This document shows, one piece after another, positions 62,627 to 64,000 of a stretch of DNA of 64,000 nt. The position numbers and the translations under genes are program-made. A model generated the notes under the pieces. It was not told the origin of the DNA. It worked only from the letters and a program-made list of their open reading frames with translations, and made no database searches. This DNA is from Lachnospiraceae bacterium (GTDB lineage Bacteria; Bacillota; Clostridia; Lachnospirales; Lachnospiraceae): assembly GCA_024684055.1 (NCBI GenBank), contig JAIKXN010000178.1, positions 8,741 through 72,740 of the forward strand, in the 5' to 3' direction. The number at the start of each line of letters is the position of its first letter. Position 1 is the first letter of the stretch.

Positions 62627-64000
62627 TTACCCCCAATCCTCGTTTAGCCAGTTGCGAAGTAAATTGGCAACCGCTTCGGGATTTTCGTCAACAAATTTTT
62701 CGATCATTTTTCTCGTTTCCGATTTAGCTTCAAGATCTATATCTTCAAGCTGTTCGGCAGGCATAGTCTGAAGAAGATTCTCAACTGATATTTCTTCAGG
62801 TTCCTCATCCTTGGTCTTTTCAGTCCTAAGCGTACGAAGAACAACCATTCCGAGAAGAAGAAGGATTATAACGATAAGAGCTATCTGAATGATATCAGTC
62901 CAGTTAAAGTTAGCTTTCGTCTTGTCAACAAAGAAAGGTTCTTCGTAAGCCACGATCGTAATATCAGATACGCCGATACCGGAAGCATCGGATATCAGTT
63001 CGTAATAATCGTCATCTATAGCCAGTTTTGTTCTTTCGCTGTTTTCGAGTTTATATTCATCCCAGGTCATTTCTTCGAGAAGTCCCTGAGCTTTTGCTTC
63101 CTCTTCCTTGATCACTTTAAGTTTGATCGCGGTTACGGCGATCGAAGATTCATCATATTTGATACCGCCGGCCGGAATAGTCTGCAATACTGTTTCCGTA
63201 TTGGGAAGAAAATCTTTTTCATACTGAGTAACGGTACTCGAATTTCCTCCGCCGTTTTCGTAAACATAAGTCTGTTCAACGTTGGAATCCGTACCGGGAA
63301 CAAGAGCCGTTCCGCCCTCAGATTCAGCTTCATAGTTTGTCTCATGCGAAAGAAGCCCCTGAGTCTGTCCTTCAGCGGGAGTATAAGTTGTTTTCTGTAC
63401 TTCCTGAGAAGACAGATCGAGAGAAAGATTCGGAGAAACAACTACGTAATCAAATTCATTGGTGCCCAAAAGTACATTCTGAACATCATTTTTTACAACA
63501 TTTTCAGCTTCCTGCTTAAGGCTCAGAGTATTAGCGGCATAGCCCGAAAGAGTCGCATCATCTCCGCCGGAGAAAAGAAGGTTTCCGTCAGTATCGAGAA
63601 TCACAACATTGTCGGTAGTATTGTTTCCGACAACAGTTTTGGCCATTCTTGCTATGGCTGCGGCATTTTCATTGCTGCACTCTCCCGACAGCTTTAATGT
63701 AATCTGAACCGAAGATTCTTTATCATTTTGAATAAGAGTTCCGTCATTTTCGGGAACATACATATTTACGCTTGCGGATTCGACAAACGAAAGAGACTCC
63801 AGATCTTTCTTGAGTTTTACTTCTTTGTAAGCAGTATATTTCTTGGCTTTATCCGCTTCCGTGGTAGACAGGGAAGAATTTAAAACATTGTCGAGATTCG
63901 AATATGTATCAGTAAGGATATTGTTCGAGCCGAGAAGAATGTTGGCATCGGAAAGCCTTGTTTTGTCAACCGAAAATGACATGCCGTTTTCGGATACCTT
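62627..64000 (-). CDS. fliF: Flagellar MS-ring protein FliF (5' end lies beyond the window)
   Basis: Frame is open to the window edge; C-terminal TM and ENPEAVANLLRNWL FliG-binding motif; abuts fliG. Confidence 0.95.
   Translation of the reverse strand, partial: KVSENGMSFSVDKTRLSDANILLGSNNILTDTYSNLDNVLNSSLSTTEADKAKKYTAYKEVKLKKDLESLSFVESASVNMYVPENDGTLIQNDKESSVQITLKLSGECSNENAAAIARMAKTVVGNNTTDNVVILDTDGNLLFSGGDDATLSGYAANTLSLKQEAENVVKNDVQNVLLGTNEFDYVVVSPNLSLDLSSQEVQKTTYTPAEGQTQGLLSHETNYEAESEGGTALVPGTDSNVEQTYVYENGGGNSSTVTQYEKDFLPNTETVLQTIPAGGIKYDESSIAVTAIKLKVIKEEEAKAQGLLEEMTWDEYKLENSERTKLAIDDDYYELISDASGIGVSDITIVAYEEPFFVDKTKANFNWTDIIQIALIVIILLLLGMVVLRTLRTEKTKDEEPEEISVENLLQTMPAEQLEDIDLEAKSETRKMIEKFVDENPEAVANLLRNWLNEDWG

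Noticed and set aside
1-64000. tRNA, rRNA, IS, integrase or prophage features
   Set aside because: Intergenic gaps are short and accounted for; I found no cloverleaf, rRNA-like tract, transposase, integrase or terminal inverted repeat pair by eye.

Overview
Chromosomal, AT-rich window from a flagellated anaerobic Firmicute, most consistent with Lachnospiraceae (inferred from gene content, synteny and protein style). Almost all genes are on the minus strand. 1-14.7 kb holds housekeeping and regulatory genes: a lipoprotein (partial), an OmpR/HAMP two-component pair, pckA, aminopeptidase P, citrate synthase, a REC-GGDEF cyclase, thrC, an AP2/HNH-like gene and a flotillin. 14.8-30.5 kb is the conserved rpsB-tsf-pyrH-frr-uppS-cdsA-dxr-rseP-ispG-polC block, interrupted between tsf and pyrH by a polysaccharide deacetylase plus bactofilin pair. 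30.6-64 kb is most of the fla/che cluster, from partial fliF through fliA/FapA/DUF6115, including a flbD gene too short for the ORF track. I saw no rRNA, tRNA, IS/integrase, prophage or CRISPR-cas locus. Best leads: (1) an AP2-HNH*-AP2 protein with an apparently inactivated nuclease motif, followed by a drifting 20-21 bp array seeded by its own last codons; (2) a switch-like structured leader that can occlude the flgE Shine-Dalgarno; (3) a REC-GGDEF-GGDEF* protein whose I-site survives only on the dead domain; (4) the deacetylase-bactofilin module; (5) a perfect Rex box upstream of pckA; (6) Na+-type stator signatures, a REC-less CheB, and internal terminators and promoters that subdivide the fla/che cluster. 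All calls are by eye from sequence; no database searches were run.
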